61,124 nt of DNA from a virus (IMGVR_UViG_3300047403_000141:1-61124), one strand, 5' to 3'; numbered from the stretch's first letter, positions 29,133-38,863 are shown. Notes: a model not told the origin generated them from the letters alone. A program made the numbers and translations.

Positions 29133-29148
29133 TGAATGTCCTTCTGGA

Positions 29149-29565
29149 TCAGATCGCCGGCGCGGGCTTCATCTTGCCTTCGCGGATCAGCTTCTCGCGG
29201 GTCGAGCCGAACACCTTGCGGGCCGCGGCCTCGGTTTCGAGCGTCTTGGCGTCGAGGCCTGCGCTCTCGGCGACCTTGCGCTTGGTGTCCTGAATGAACG
29301 CGCCCCACTTGTCGTCGCGGTCGGAGTAGGGCTTGTCCGGCATCCCGATCGCGGCGCCGACGGGCTCATAGGGGACGAAGCCATCGCGGCGGCGCAGATC
29401 TCGCTGGTCCTCGCGGCTGCGGATGTGGCGGCCGCGGAAGATGTGCGGCTCGATGTCCTTGATGACAGCGGCGATGCGAGGCGGCTTCGCGGCCGGGTCG
29501 TAGCCCATGGGCTCGCCGGTTTTCTTGTCGCGAAAGCAGCCGTCGCGCCAGACGTAGTTGCTCAT
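29149..29565 (-). CDS. Conserved small protein between portal and scaffold
   Basis: MSNYVWRDG...DIEP...IRSR; ATGA overlap with the portal. Confidence 0.7.
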   Translation of the reverse strand: MSNYVWRDGCFRDKKTGEPMGYDPAAKPPRIAAVIKDIEPHIFRGRHIRSREDQRDLRRRDGFVPYEPVGAAIGMPDKPYSDRDDKWGAFIQDTKRKVAESAGLDAKTLETEAAARKVFGSTREKLIREGKMKPAPAI

Positions 29566-31877
29566 GGGGACACCCCGTTGCGTGCGCTCGATTCCTTCAT
29601 CGCCGCGAGCCGCGCCCGGTGCTCGACGTCGCCGCGCCGGGCGTCGGCATCCATGCGGCCCATTTCGGCGGCGTGCTCGCGCTCGGCCTGGCGGTCCTCG
29701 CGGTTCATTGCGGCCGTCTCCCGGCGCGCGTCGGCATCGAGCGCTGCCGTCTCGCGCTTCAGCGCCACGTCTTGACGCCTGACGTCGAGGTCCATCGCCG
29801 CCGTCTTCTGCCGGATCACGGCGTCGGCCTTCCGCGCTTCGAGATCCATGGCCTTGATTTGCAGGTCCATGTCTTTGAGCTTCAGATCCGCGTCGAGGCG
29901 CTGCTGCTCGGCGTCGGCCTGCATCTGCTCCGCTTGCATCTGCTCGGGCGACGGGGCGTTGGGTTGTGCCAGCGGCGCGCGCGCCGCCTGGATGATCTTC
30001 TCGATGGCCGCCTCGCCGCGCTGGTTGAGGTCGAACTTGTCGAGCTGAGACCCGAGCAGCTCGAACCAGCCCTCCCGGGTCTCCGGCATGATTTGGATGG
30101 CGGCGGTGATGGCCTGTGCCCACGTGCCGGTTGCCGTGAGGAGCTTGTTGAACTGGTCGAGCTCGCGGGCGATCTCGTTGCGCACCGTGCTCCCGGTCTC
30201 GATGTCGATCACGAGATGGCGCCAGGGCGATTTCACCACCGCCGCGACCTGCTCTTCGAGGCTGGCGAGGCGCTCGGCGGCTCTTCTCTGAGCTTCGCCC
30301 GAAATGTCGGGCGGCGGCGCGCCTTCGGCCGGCGGCGGCAGGCTCGCTTGCAGCTCCTGCATCGCGGCGGCGATGTCGTCCTCGGTCGGCGTGAACATCA
30401 TGCTCGTGGTGACCTTGATCAGATCCCACGGCGTCAGGTTGGCACGGACCTCGATCATCAGGCGGATGACGTCGCGGGCGAATCGCTCGACCTCGGTCTG
30501 CATCTCCTTGACCCGGAGTGAGCCCCACTCGGCTTTCATTTGCTGCGCGCCGAGCGTCTCGTTCGGGTCGGAGTTGCCGCGCATGATGTCGGCGATTCCC
30601 GTCGCCTCCCAGATCAGCGCCTTGATCGACTCGCGATGCTGGACAAGCTGCTGGATGACCGCAATGATCTGGTCCAACGGCCAGAACAGCACCGACTTTT
30701 CGAGGCCGCCGCCGCTCACGAACTGGTCGCCGTTCTGCGCCGGGAAGAACTCGCCGTCAGTCGCGAGCTGCAACTTGCCGAGATCGGCTTTCAGCCGGGC
30801 GTCGATGAGTCCCGCAACCTTGAGCTGACCAATCAGCTTGTTGATGCGCTGGCTGACGCGCTCGAACTCGTCGAACAGCGGTTTGTGGGTGGCGTAGGCG
30901 ACCTGTGGCACCACGCAATCGATGCGGCGCGACATCGCGATGGGCGAGGGCGTGGCAAAGAAGTTCCGCAGCCGATAGGGGTCGGGGTGGACCTGGATGA
31001 CGATGTCGGTCATCCCGCCCGACGCCGCCGAGCGCCCGGTGGCGCCCGGGCTTACCCAGAGGACGCTTCGGCTGGCTTTGTCCCAGATCTCGTAGACGGT
31101 AACGGTCTGGTAGACGCCTTTCGGCTCCGGCGTCGGTTCCTTCTGGCCTTCGGTCGTTCGCGCCCCGTAGGGGCGGGCGGTGGTGAAGCCGAGCTCGGTG
31201 ACGGGAAAACCCGGGTTGAGGGCGAGCACCTCGTCCTCGGACATATCGTGCTCGAAGGCCTCCCACGGCCGCCGATCGAACGACCGGCACGGCCCGACGA
31301 TGTAGCGGTCCCAGGGCACGGTTTCGACCCACGTGCGATCCGTGGCGACCCGGGGCAGAACGACCGGCTTTCCGGCCATGTCGAGGACCGGTGACCCATC
31401 CGGATTGAGCAAGGGCTCGTCGACGACCTCGGCCGCGTAGCGAACGCGCACCTGGCCCTCGCCGACGACCAGAGCCTTGCGCACCGCGTCGGCGATCTCC
31501 GCCGTGAACGGGTGCTCGTCCATGTCATAGCTGGCGAGGCGCTCCAACACCTCGCTCGCCTTGCGCAGATGCGGCGGGTTCTCGCCGTAGCGCGGACGGT
31601 TTGCCGGGATCGGAGCGGCGTTGAACACGGCCGGCCCCGTCGTCGCGACGTTGGCAAAGAAGATGTTGGCGCCGGAAATGAGCTTGTCGGCGATCTCGCC
31701 ATTCTCGTAGGCGGCGATGGCCATCTCGGCGTCCGCCCGCCATTTCTCCCGCTTGCTCTCGCCGCGCGCCTTCTCGATCTTCTTCAGCCAGAGCGCAGGC
31801 GTCGTGATGCCTTGCGCCCTGGCGTCCCGATCGCTGCGCACGTCGCCGGCCGAGCGGCCGGTGTAGGCGGTAGACAT
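29562..31877 (-). CDS. Portal protein
   Basis: 771 aa after the terminase; VYEIWD and TGIADIMRG..DPNETLGAQQMK motifs; C-terminal coiled coil. Confidence 0.9.
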   Translation of the reverse strand: MSTAYTGRSAGDVRSDRDARAQGITTPALWLKKIEKARGESKREKWRADAEMAIAAYENGEIADKLISGANIFFANVATTGPAVFNAAPIPANRPRYGENPPHLRKASEVLERLASYDMDEHPFTAEIADAVRKALVVGEGQVRVRYAAEVVDEPLLNPDGSPVLDMAGKPVVLPRVATDRTWVETVPWDRYIVGPCRSFDRRPWEAFEHDMSEDEVLALNPGFPVTELGFTTARPYGARTTEGQKEPTPEPKGVYQTVTVYEIWDKASRSVLWVSPGATGRSAASGGMTDIVIQVHPDPYRLRNFFATPSPIAMSRRIDCVVPQVAYATHKPLFDEFERVSQRINKLIGQLKVAGLIDARLKADLGKLQLATDGEFFPAQNGDQFVSGGGLEKSVLFWPLDQIIAVIQQLVQHRESIKALIWEATGIADIMRGNSDPNETLGAQQMKAEWGSLRVKEMQTEVERFARDVIRLMIEVRANLTPWDLIKVTTSMMFTPTEDDIAAAMQELQASLPPPAEGAPPPDISGEAQRRAAERLASLEEQVAAVVKSPWRHLVIDIETGSTVRNEIARELDQFNKLLTATGTWAQAITAAIQIMPETREGWFELLGSQLDKFDLNQRGEAAIEKIIQAARAPLAQPNAPSPEQMQAEQMQADAEQQRLDADLKLKDMDLQIKAMDLEARKADAVIRQKTAAMDLDVRRQDVALKRETAALDADARRETAAMNREDRQAEREHAAEMGRMDADARRGDVEHRARLAAMKESSARNGVSP

Positions 31878-31931
31878 TCTGTTGCCGAGTTCCTATGGCT
31901 GTTCGGGTTGGACATTCAACGGAGACGAGCG

Positions 31932-32183
31932 ATGCGAACCGAAACCACAAAGGTTGTGAGAAAGCCCGCTGGCGGAGTCACAAATGGTGTGAGCAAGACG
32001 ACCGCCGGTCGGCTGCGTCATCTGATGACGGAATGCGGCCTGACGAACACGGCGCTGGCCGAGATGTCCGGCGTTCACGCCAACACGGTCGCGAATTGGC
32101 TGTCGGGGCGAACGCCTCCGTCGAAGCTGGTGCTCGCGCATCTGGATCTGCTCGCGAGCATCCGCCGTCTCGGCGGGCGCTAG
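31932..32183 (+). CDS. XRE HTH protein inserted antisense between terminase and portal
   Basis: GGAG RBS; GLTNTALAEMSGVHANTVANWLSG. Confidence 0.8.
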   Translation: MRTETTKVVRKPAGGVTNGVSKTTAGRLRHLMTECGLTNTALAEMSGVHANTVANWLSGRTPPSKLVLAHLDLLASIRRLGGR

Positions 32184-33641
32184 CTACATCCGGTCTTTGA
32201 GCCCGTTCCCCATGCGGCGCTGGATCTCCAGCAGCTCCCGGACCGAGTAGGGCATGTTGATCGTGCCGTCGTCGTTGGTGGTGATGACGACGCGATCGGC
32301 GGGCTTGGGCGCTTCGACGGTTTCGACGAGCTCGATCAGCGGGCAGTTGACCGCGAACTCACCGAATGCATCCGCAGCGTGGCTGTTCTCGTCGTGCAGC
32401 GGCTCCTGCCATTCGCCGAGCAGTTCGTTGTGCTTCCTCTTGTACTGGCGCAGCCGCTGCATGCCTCTGAGCACGCGCTTGGTCTTGTTGAAGCGCACAG
32501 CCGGAAGCAACTTCCGGCTGGCGTTGATGCGGTCTTCCGGATTGACCGCCTTTCCCTTCTCGATCGTCTTCAGGCCCAGGGCTCGCAGCGTCTCGTGGCG
32601 GGCTCGCGCGCCGTTGGCCTGCTCTCTGACCCTGACATCGTGCGGCAGCCAGTGCTTTCCGTAGGCGAATGGGACTGTGCGGCCATGGGCGTTGATGGCT
32701 TTGTCTCGATCCCACTTGGCGAACGTGATGTCGAGCGCTGGCGGGATGAACAGCTCGGGCATGCAGGTCGCGACGATGTTGTCGAATCCTTCGCCGGCGA
32801 CCTCGTAGTAATCGACGACGGTGACGCGCTCGAGCTCCTCGACCCAGAACCATATGCACGTGTGGTCGCGAAGCCCGAGATCCCAGCTCGTTTGAACCGT
32901 TTGGCCGGGCTTGAACGGGAAGTCCCCGATGCGGCCTTCGCGCTCGGCTGCCGCCAGCCATCGCGCGTAGTAGGAGCCTTCCGAAACGACCTCGTAGCCA
33001 CCATCCCAGACGTGCCCGGCCATGTCCGGGTCGGCTTTGCGGTCCCGCTCCATCTCCTCGCGGAGTGTGCCGGTGAACCACGGGTTGTCGCGCCAGTTGC
33101 ACTCGATCGTGATGGCGTCACGCGGCGGGTTATCGCCGCGGAAGAACTCGTCGACAGCATCCGTCGGATGGACGGGGTTCCAGGTGCACCAGATCTCCGA
33201 GTCATCCTTCCGGATGGTCGGCCGGAGCAGGCGCCAGGACACGGCGGATAGGGTCTGCGCCTCCTCTACCCAGCAGATGTCATATCCTTCGAGCGACTTG
33301 ATGTTGGCCGCGTTGAAGGACTGCATGCCCTTGAAGATGATCAGCGATCCGTTGTGGCCCCTGATCTCGGAATCGAAGATCGAGAAGTCGTTCTCGACGC
33401 CCATGCTCCTGATCTTGTCGACGAGGAGCTGACGGACCGAGTCCCTGATGGTGTCCTGCACCTCGCGGATGCAGACGGCGCGGGTCGGGCGCTCCCAGCA
33501 TCGTGCGATCAGTGCGGCGGCGAACGTGTGGCTCTTGCCGCTTCCTCGGCCTCCGTGGGCGGCCTTGTAGCGGGCCGGCCTGAAGATCGGCAGAAGCTTG
33601 TGCGGAACGTCGAGCGATACCGGCGCGGCGTCAAGTGGCAT
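32184..33641 (-). CDS. terL: Terminase large subunit (PBSX/P22-like)
   Basis: HGGRGSGKS; WVEEA; TWNP; WDLG; HAADAF. Confidence 0.96.
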   Translation of the reverse strand: MPLDAAPVSLDVPHKLLPIFRPARYKAAHGGRGSGKSHTFAAALIARCWERPTRAVCIREVQDTIRDSVRQLLVDKIRSMGVENDFSIFDSEIRGHNGSLIIFKGMQSFNAANIKSLEGYDICWVEEAQTLSAVSWRLLRPTIRKDDSEIWCTWNPVHPTDAVDEFFRGDNPPRDAITIECNWRDNPWFTGTLREEMERDRKADPDMAGHVWDGGYEVVSEGSYYARWLAAAEREGRIGDFPFKPGQTVQTSWDLGLRDHTCIWFWVEELERVTVVDYYEVAGEGFDNIVATCMPELFIPPALDITFAKWDRDKAINAHGRTVPFAYGKHWLPHDVRVREQANGARARHETLRALGLKTIEKGKAVNPEDRINASRKLLPAVRFNKTKRVLRGMQRLRQYKRKHNELLGEWQEPLHDENSHAADAFGEFAVNCPLIELVETVEAPKPADRVVITTNDDGTINMPYSVRELLEIQRRMGNGLKDRM

Positions 33642-34098
33642 CGGGCTCCGGCTTCACGCCGTTGACGTAGAGGACGCGCTGCTCGGCCACGGTCTTGATT
33701 GGGCCGCCATTGAGGCCTGTCTGCTCCTGCCGGCTCGTTTCCCGCCACTTGTCGGGGAAGCGGGCGGCCATGGATCGCGACCAGACGCTAGCATTGAAGC
33801 GATCGGCGGTAAGCCCGTTCCGGCCCTTCTTCTCCCACCAGACCAGCTCGGCGAGCTTCGCGCGGGTGATGGCGTGGAAGAACTCTTCGTGTTCGTCCAT
33901 CCAGTTGTAGATAGTCTTCGGGACGACACCGATCTCGTGGGCGATTTCCTCGATCGACCCACCGTCGTTCCCGATCTCGACCGCCTTCTGGCAGAACTCG
34001 GGTTTGTACTTCGATGGTGCCCCGCCGGCCCAATAATCCCCGTACCTCTCGCGCCGGGTGATCGCGGCCTTCTGTTGCGGGCTGAGTTCAGCTTCCAC
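33631..34098 (-). CDS. terS: Terminase small subunit
   Basis: PSKYKPE-HTH; C-terminal TGLNGGPI; overlaps terL. Confidence 0.88.
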   Translation of the reverse strand: MEAELSPQQKAAITRRERYGDYWAGGAPSKYKPEFCQKAVEIGNDGGSIEEIAHEIGVVPKTIYNWMDEHEEFFHAITRAKLAELVWWEKKGRNGLTADRFNASVWSRSMAARFPDKWRETSRQEQTGLNGGPIKTVAEQRVLYVNGVKPEPDAT

Positions 34099-34181
34099 GG
34101 TTCAGGTTCGCGCCCGCCTCTTGCGGGGCGGGGCTCCTTTGTAGGGGCGTCTGGCTCATCGCCAGTGGCGCCAGTGGCGTT

Positions 34182-34397
34182 TCAGGCTCTCCCGCCGATG
34201 ATAGCGAGGCACGCGCCGACGATGGCGTGGCCTTGTGCAGTGCCTCGCGGGCGGGCGATTTGCGAGAGCACCGGGAACAGCTCGATCATCGCGAGCCAAG
34301 CGGCGAGGACGCCGAACAGCAACGCGACGATGGTGATGAAGGGGCGGGCTGCGTTGAGGACGGCGGTCAGTTGGGCAATCATGCGGTGACTGACCAC
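34182..34397 (-). CDS. Small two-TM membrane protein
   Basis: Two hydrophobic segments; start uncertain. Confidence 0.55.
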   Translation of the reverse strand: MVSHRMIAQLTAVLNAARPFITIVALLFGVLAAWLAMIELFPVLSQIARPRGTAQGHAIVGACLAIIGGRA

Positions 34398-34933
34398 AGC
34401 GGTTGGTAGGCTTGCGCTCGGGTGATCAGTGAGGCAAGGCTATGATGGATCGTGGCGAGGCCGGACACTCTGAGCGGCGGGATTTCAGAGAGCGACACCG
34501 TTGCGAAGGCGCTTCCGCCGTCAACGAACGACACCCACACGTTGCACTTGGTCTTTCCATTCTTGCCGGCAGTGACGCCTGCGTCGGCGCGGGCCGACAA
34601 CTGAGTGCCATTCAGGCAAGCGTTGACGTGCTCAACGGCAATGTCTCGAACCTCGTCGAGCGTCCATTCGTGTGGCGTGTCCTGGGCGTCGGCGAAGCAT
34701 TTCTGCGCCACGCGAACATTGCGCGCAAGCCTTTGCGCTCTCAAGGCTTCGATATTGCCAACTACGCCAGCGCTGGTGTCGACGATATGCGACCAGTCCC
34801 TCTTCCCCCACCATTCTTCGAGTTCTTCGAGAAGGGCCTCGGCTTCTTCCATGGTATCGGCATCGCCGACAAGGTCTTCGATGCCGCCTGCGGGGTAATG
34901 ACTATCCCCGGCGAAGACCAGGAAGCGCTTCAT
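34379..34933 (-). CDS. Hypothetical protein
   Basis: MKRFLVFAGDSHYPAGG; TGATG coupling. Confidence 0.65.
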   Translation of the reverse strand: MKRFLVFAGDSHYPAGGIEDLVGDADTMEEAEALLEELEEWWGKRDWSHIVDTSAGVVGNIEALRAQRLARNVRVAQKCFADAQDTPHEWTLDEVRDIAVEHVNACLNGTQLSARADAGVTAGKNGKTKCNVWVSFVDGGSAFATVSLSEIPPLRVSGLATIHHSLASLITRAQAYQPLWSVTA

Positions 34934-35352
34934 CAACGAACCTCGTCGAGATAGCACTCGATGGCCGAGGCGAGCTTGTCGGGCGGAAGCTGGTCGGCGA
35001 TGGCGGCGATCTCGGCGGCGATGGTCTCGGTCGAGACCCTGGCGCCGCAATCGCAGTGCTTCGGCTCTATCGCCGGGGCGTTGTGCTGGGCACAGTCGGC
35101 CGTGTGCAGCATGGCTTCGAGCTTCTCCATCGTCTGCCTGCTGGCCGCGACAGCGCCGACGTTCTGCTTCAGCGGCACGCCGGCCTGGTAGAGGGCTTCC
35201 TGCTGGTTCTTGGAGAGCGGGCGAACGGGCGGCGGGGCTTCGTCGGTACCAGCGATCTGCTCGCGAAGCTCGCGCATGCGGGTTGCGGCTTGCTCGGGGA
35301 TGCCGGGCTCTTCACGGCGCCGGCGCTTGATCTCGTCGCTGTAGCTGGGCAT
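34933..35352 (-). CDS. Hypothetical protein (Cys/His cluster)
   Basis: TGATG coupling at both ends; HTADC...CDCG. Confidence 0.6.
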   Translation of the reverse strand: MPSYSDEIKRRRREEPGIPEQAATRMRELREQIAGTDEAPPPVRPLSKNQQEALYQAGVPLKQNVGAVAASRQTMEKLEAMLHTADCAQHNAPAIEPKHCDCGARVSTETIAAEIAAIADQLPPDKLASAIECYLDEVR

Positions 35353-35582
35353 CAGACTTTCCCGGGCCATTCGTCGGCCTTGAGCCACTTCCAGATGCCC
35401 TCGCAGCGCTCTTGGAGGTTGGCGGTCGAGACGCATCCGGCGCTCCCGAACGAGCGCACCGCGACGTCTACGACCTTGAGGCCCGTCTCCCAATCCCGCT
35501 CATTCTGCTCGACGGCTTGCCGGGCGAGTGCCGTGGGGTCGGGGACGAACCTGCTGGTGGGGGCGGCAGAACCGCTGCTCAT
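35352..35582 (-). CDS. Hypothetical protein
   Basis: ATGA and TGATG coupling. Confidence 0.55.
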   Translation of the reverse strand: MSSGSAAPTSRFVPDPTALARQAVEQNERDWETGLKVVDVAVRSFGSAGCVSTANLQERCEGIWKWLKADEWPGKV

Positions 35583-36661
35583 GCTGCGGTCCTCTGCGGG
35601 CCGGCGAGTTCCCGGCACCGCATGATCAGGTCGTCGAGGCGACGGTCGTTGTTGCCAATGACGGTGATGGCGGTGCGAGGCTCGGGCTCACGCGCCGGAG
35701 CTGCGTAAAGCGAGGCTGGCGCCATGCTGAGCGGCGGCATGCTGGTGGGCTCGTCCTCGCGGCGCCGGTAGAGACCGGCGACGAAGAGGGCGAATGCCGG
35801 GACGCCAGTTCCGGCGACGGCCATCGCCATGTTGATCGACAGCTCGGTCCCGTGAGCGACGTGGGCGGTCGGGGCGATGGCGCCGAGGCTGAAGAACGCG
35901 ACCGCGCGAGCGATGGCCTGGTTGGCATGGTCCACGGGGCTCGACCGATGCTCAGTGGTGTCGGCCTTGGCGCGGGCATCGGCGATGACGCGCTTGGCGG
36001 CGTCGATGCGCGCCGTGAGGTCGGTCATGCGCTCGGTCGCCGCGATGCGCATCTCGACGGCGTTGCGCGCGTCCTTGAGTTTCTCGCACTCGGCCTTGCA
36101 TCCCTTGCCGCGACCGCCGCGACCGCCGGCCGTTTCCGCCGCGATCTTCTCGTCGAACGTCTTCAACTCGCTGCGCAGAGCCTCGGCCGTTACGGTGGCG
36201 GCCCACGGGGCTTGCGCTTGCAGGTCGGCGAGCATCTTGGTCCACAGGCCGAGGTTCGTCTGCGCTTCCTTCACCTGCTGCTGCGCGCCGTCGAAGCGGG
36301 CGTTCTGGACGCGCGTCTCGGTCAAGTTGTGGCCGCGAATGCCGCTGGTGTAGCTCATGTGGCTGCCGAGCTCGATGGCGAGCAGACCGGCGGCGAAAAG
36401 GCCGACGACGGCGGCAATGCCACGGCGGCCTTCCTCCCAGACCTTGTGGGCAGCAACCGGACCGAAGGCGGCGACGAACGACAGGCAGGCGAGAAAGACG
36501 CCGTGCTTCCACGAGACCTGCGCGCCGAAGTCGTAGCTCATCGCCGCGCCGACGCTGAGAGCGGCGACCCCAATCCAGGCCCACACACGACCGGCGGCGG
36601 TGAGGCGGCCGATCATCGCTTCGAGAACGCGTCCGATGCCGGAGACTGCGGATCTGATCAT
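35579..36661 (-). CDS. Multi-TM membrane protein with periplasmic coiled coil
   Basis: Three N-terminal TM helices, long coiled coil with GRGKGCxxxC, C-terminal TM; GGGAGG RBS. Confidence 0.7.
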   Translation of the reverse strand: MIRSAVSGIGRVLEAMIGRLTAAGRVWAWIGVAALSVGAAMSYDFGAQVSWKHGVFLACLSFVAAFGPVAAHKVWEEGRRGIAAVVGLFAAGLLAIELGSHMSYTSGIRGHNLTETRVQNARFDGAQQQVKEAQTNLGLWTKMLADLQAQAPWAATVTAEALRSELKTFDEKIAAETAGGRGGRGKGCKAECEKLKDARNAVEMRIAATERMTDLTARIDAAKRVIADARAKADTTEHRSSPVDHANQAIARAVAFFSLGAIAPTAHVAHGTELSINMAMAVAGTGVPAFALFVAGLYRRREDEPTSMPPLSMAPASLYAAPAREPEPRTAITVIGNNDRRLDDLIMRCRELAGPQRTAA

Positions 36662-36672
36662 CGTCGCCTCCC

Positions 36673-37299
36673 TCAGTTGAGCTTGATCGCGATGCCGAGC
36701 CGCACGGTGTCGGTCTCCGGGGTGATCCTGACGTCGTCGATGCGCCAAGCGTCGAGGTCGGTGCGGGTCCATTCGAGGATCAGGGCCGTCGAGGGCGTCA
36801 ATGCGATCTCGGTGCCGAGGCCGTAGACGAGGCCGAAACGGTCGGTCGAGAGGCCGGCCGCCTTGAACTCCTGGCTGGTCACGCCGGCCAGGGCGTAGAC
36901 CATCACGGCGGGGTTGACGTAGTAGCCGGCACGGGCAGCAGCGGTCCACGACCAGCCGAGAGACAGGCGGCCATCGTCGACGCGGGCCTTGACGTCGGCG
37001 AGGTCGAGCCGGCCAAGCACGCCGACGGCGAGGCGCGGCGAGATGCGGAAGTCGCAACCGACGCCGATCGTTCCGCCATATCCGTCGGCGGCGACGGAAA
37101 TGCTATCGGTGCCGTCGGAGGCCTTGGCCTTGGCAATCGTCGAGGCGACCATGCCGGCGGCGTAGCAGGACGGGTGGGCCTGGAACGCGGTCTCGGCGGG
37201 CGGCGCGGCCGAAGCGGGCGCACCCTTGTCGGCGCCGGTTGCCGGGGCGGACCCGGCGGCGAGCGCCGAGACGACGACGAGAATCGGGATCAGGCGCAT
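36673..37299 (-). CDS. Outer-membrane beta-barrel protein (Omp25/RopB-like)
   Basis: Signal peptide; RAGYYVNPAVMVYALAG; GLVYGLGTEIAL; terminal strand VRLGIAIKLN. Confidence 0.85.
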   Translation of the reverse strand: MRLIPILVVVSALAAGSAPATGADKGAPASAAPPAETAFQAHPSCYAAGMVASTIAKAKASDGTDSISVAADGYGGTIGVGCDFRISPRLAVGVLGRLDLADVKARVDDGRLSLGWSWTAAARAGYYVNPAVMVYALAGVTSQEFKAAGLSTDRFGLVYGLGTEIALTPSTALILEWTRTDLDAWRIDDVRITPETDTVRLGIAIKLN

Positions 37300-37346
37300 G
37301 GAGCACTCCTGCAGGGTGGCGCTTTGGCGCGCGATTCACGAAAGGG

Positions 37347-37438
37347 CGCCCCGCCGCTCGGCGTTCGGTGGCGATTGCTGGCCGCGGATGGAGAGGGGTG
37401 ACATCCGGACCTCGGGCATCAGTCCGAGCGGCGGGGCG
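37347..37438 (-). promoter_or_regulatory. Structured leader of the late operon (15-bp perfect inverted repeat)
   Basis: CGCCCCGCCGCTCGG 37347-37361 pairs with 37424-37438; internal hairpin CGGATG/CATCCG. Confidence 0.6.
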
Positions 37439-37674
37439 ATCTCAGGGTCGTTCGATTTTGTGGGGCCGTGGCGCGAGCGCAATACGGCCGGGGTGCCGGA
37501 TCATGGCCGGCGAGGGGGCTTGGTTTGGCGTGAGCGATACAAGTGCCGACCATGCCCTCGTCTCGAGTCGGCCATAATTGTGTTCGCGGGGGCGAGCAAG
37601 TGCACAACTGCAACATGCCAGACCAATTTTTGAGGCTTTGGCGTTGCCCCCACCCGCAATTCGCTCCGGAACTC

Positions 37675-38202
37675 TCACGCTGCCATGCCGGAGACGGCCG
37701 CCCCCGGGACATTCACGCTCCACGTTCTGCCGAGCAGAGACACCCGGGCGACCACGTTGGCGCCCTTGATCGCCTCGACGACGCCGGGGAGGTCGGCGGT
37801 GTTGTTCGTGCCGAGCTTCACTCGGACCTTGTCGCCGATGCGCACCTTCTGTGCGGCGTCGAGCTTCGCAGGCGTCGAGAGGGCGATGATGGTGTCGGCT
37901 TGGCGTTGGGTGAGCATGGCGGGGCTCGTCCTCCCGAGGGGGTCGGCATAGAGGGCGCCTTGCCAATGGCTGAGGCCGTGGAGGACCTGCCAGGGGATGC
38001 CGTTTTCGCGCTTGAACGCCATGAAGACGTAGCGAGGGAGGATCGGGCAGCGCTTGGGGACCGGGGGCTTTCCCCGGGCCTGCCGGAACCATCGGAACTC
38101 GACCGGGACGAAGGCGGGGATGCCGAAGCGGTGGAGGTCGTCGCGGACCGCGAACTCTCGCTGCGGCGCGACGGTGAGGATCAGCCAGTCGTAGGTGCTC
38201 AT
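37675..38202 (-). CDS. NusG/RfaH-family transcription antiterminator (late-gene regulator position)
   Basis: NGN domain WLILTV..QRE...PILPRYVF; KOW IGDKVRV. Confidence 0.88.
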   Translation of the reverse strand: MSTYDWLILTVAPQREFAVRDDLHRFGIPAFVPVEFRWFRQARGKPPVPKRCPILPRYVFMAFKRENGIPWQVLHGLSHWQGALYADPLGRTSPAMLTQRQADTIIALSTPAKLDAAQKVRIGDKVRVKLGTNNTADLPGVVEAIKGANVVARVSLLGRTWSVNVPGAAVSGMAA

Positions 38203-38365
38203 GGTTGGGTGTCCTTTTTTAACCTACGCTGGCACGTCCTTTTCTTTTTACTCGCAGCGGGAGCGTCCCCGTTGCCCCATGTGCCCCAGCGCACAGAATT
38301 GGCCGGGTAGCTCTCGGCCTGTAGGCACGGACTGCGATTTCGTCAGGCATTGTCCTCTAGATCAC

Positions 38366-38575
38366 TTATCTGATTTCGCCTGCCACGCATAAAGCGCGGA
38401 CGTCCTTGTGGACGTCCCATTCTCGGCGGCGAGCAAGCTCGGCTTCTGCCGCCTTGCCTTTTTCCACCGCAACTTTCAGTTTCTCGTCGCTTTCGCCGAA
38501 AAGTTCGCGGCGTCTTGTGCCGTGCTGAGCATAGAACCAATCCAGGAAGTTTCTAGGTGCCTGTCTGCCATCCAT
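38366..38575 (-). CDS. Hypothetical protein
   Basis: AAGGAG RBS; lies within the operon. Confidence 0.55.
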   Translation of the reverse strand: MDGRQAPRNFLDWFYAQHGTRRRELFGESDEKLKVAVEKGKAAEAELARRREWDVHKDVRALCVAGEIR

Positions 38576-38587
38576 TTCGCTGCTCCT

Positions 38588-38863
38588 TCACCCCTTCCTC
38601 GCAACCGTCACCCGTCCCGGCGCTGCCTGCTCGATCGCCTTGACGGCTCGGGCGGCTTTCTTTTCGGCGCCGATGCGGGATGCGACAGAGCGGCGGGGCT
38701 TGGAAGGCTCCACCTTCGGGCGACCGCCTGGCTTCGTCGTGATCTTGGCTTTGCCGATCCTGGCAGCCATCAGACTCTCCAGCGTTGTGATTGGGATGGG
38801 AATGTGGGTTCGGCCGGCGTCGCGCATGAGGTCGATGGCGCGGGCGATCTCGGCGTCGGTCAT
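38588..38863 (-). CDS. Basic hypothetical protein
   Basis: GGAGG RBS before MTDAEIARAID. Confidence 0.6.
   Translation of the reverse strand: MTDAEIARAIDLMRDAGRTHIPIPITTLESLMAARIGKAKITTKPGGRPKVEPSKPRRSVASRIGAEKKAARAVKAIEQAAPGRVTVARKG

Noticed and set aside
14882-29135. Long plus-strand ORFs (e.g. 14882-16351, 20034-22118, 27639-29135)
   Set aside because: Arg/Gly-rich shadows of high-GC minus-strand genes with no recognisable motifs
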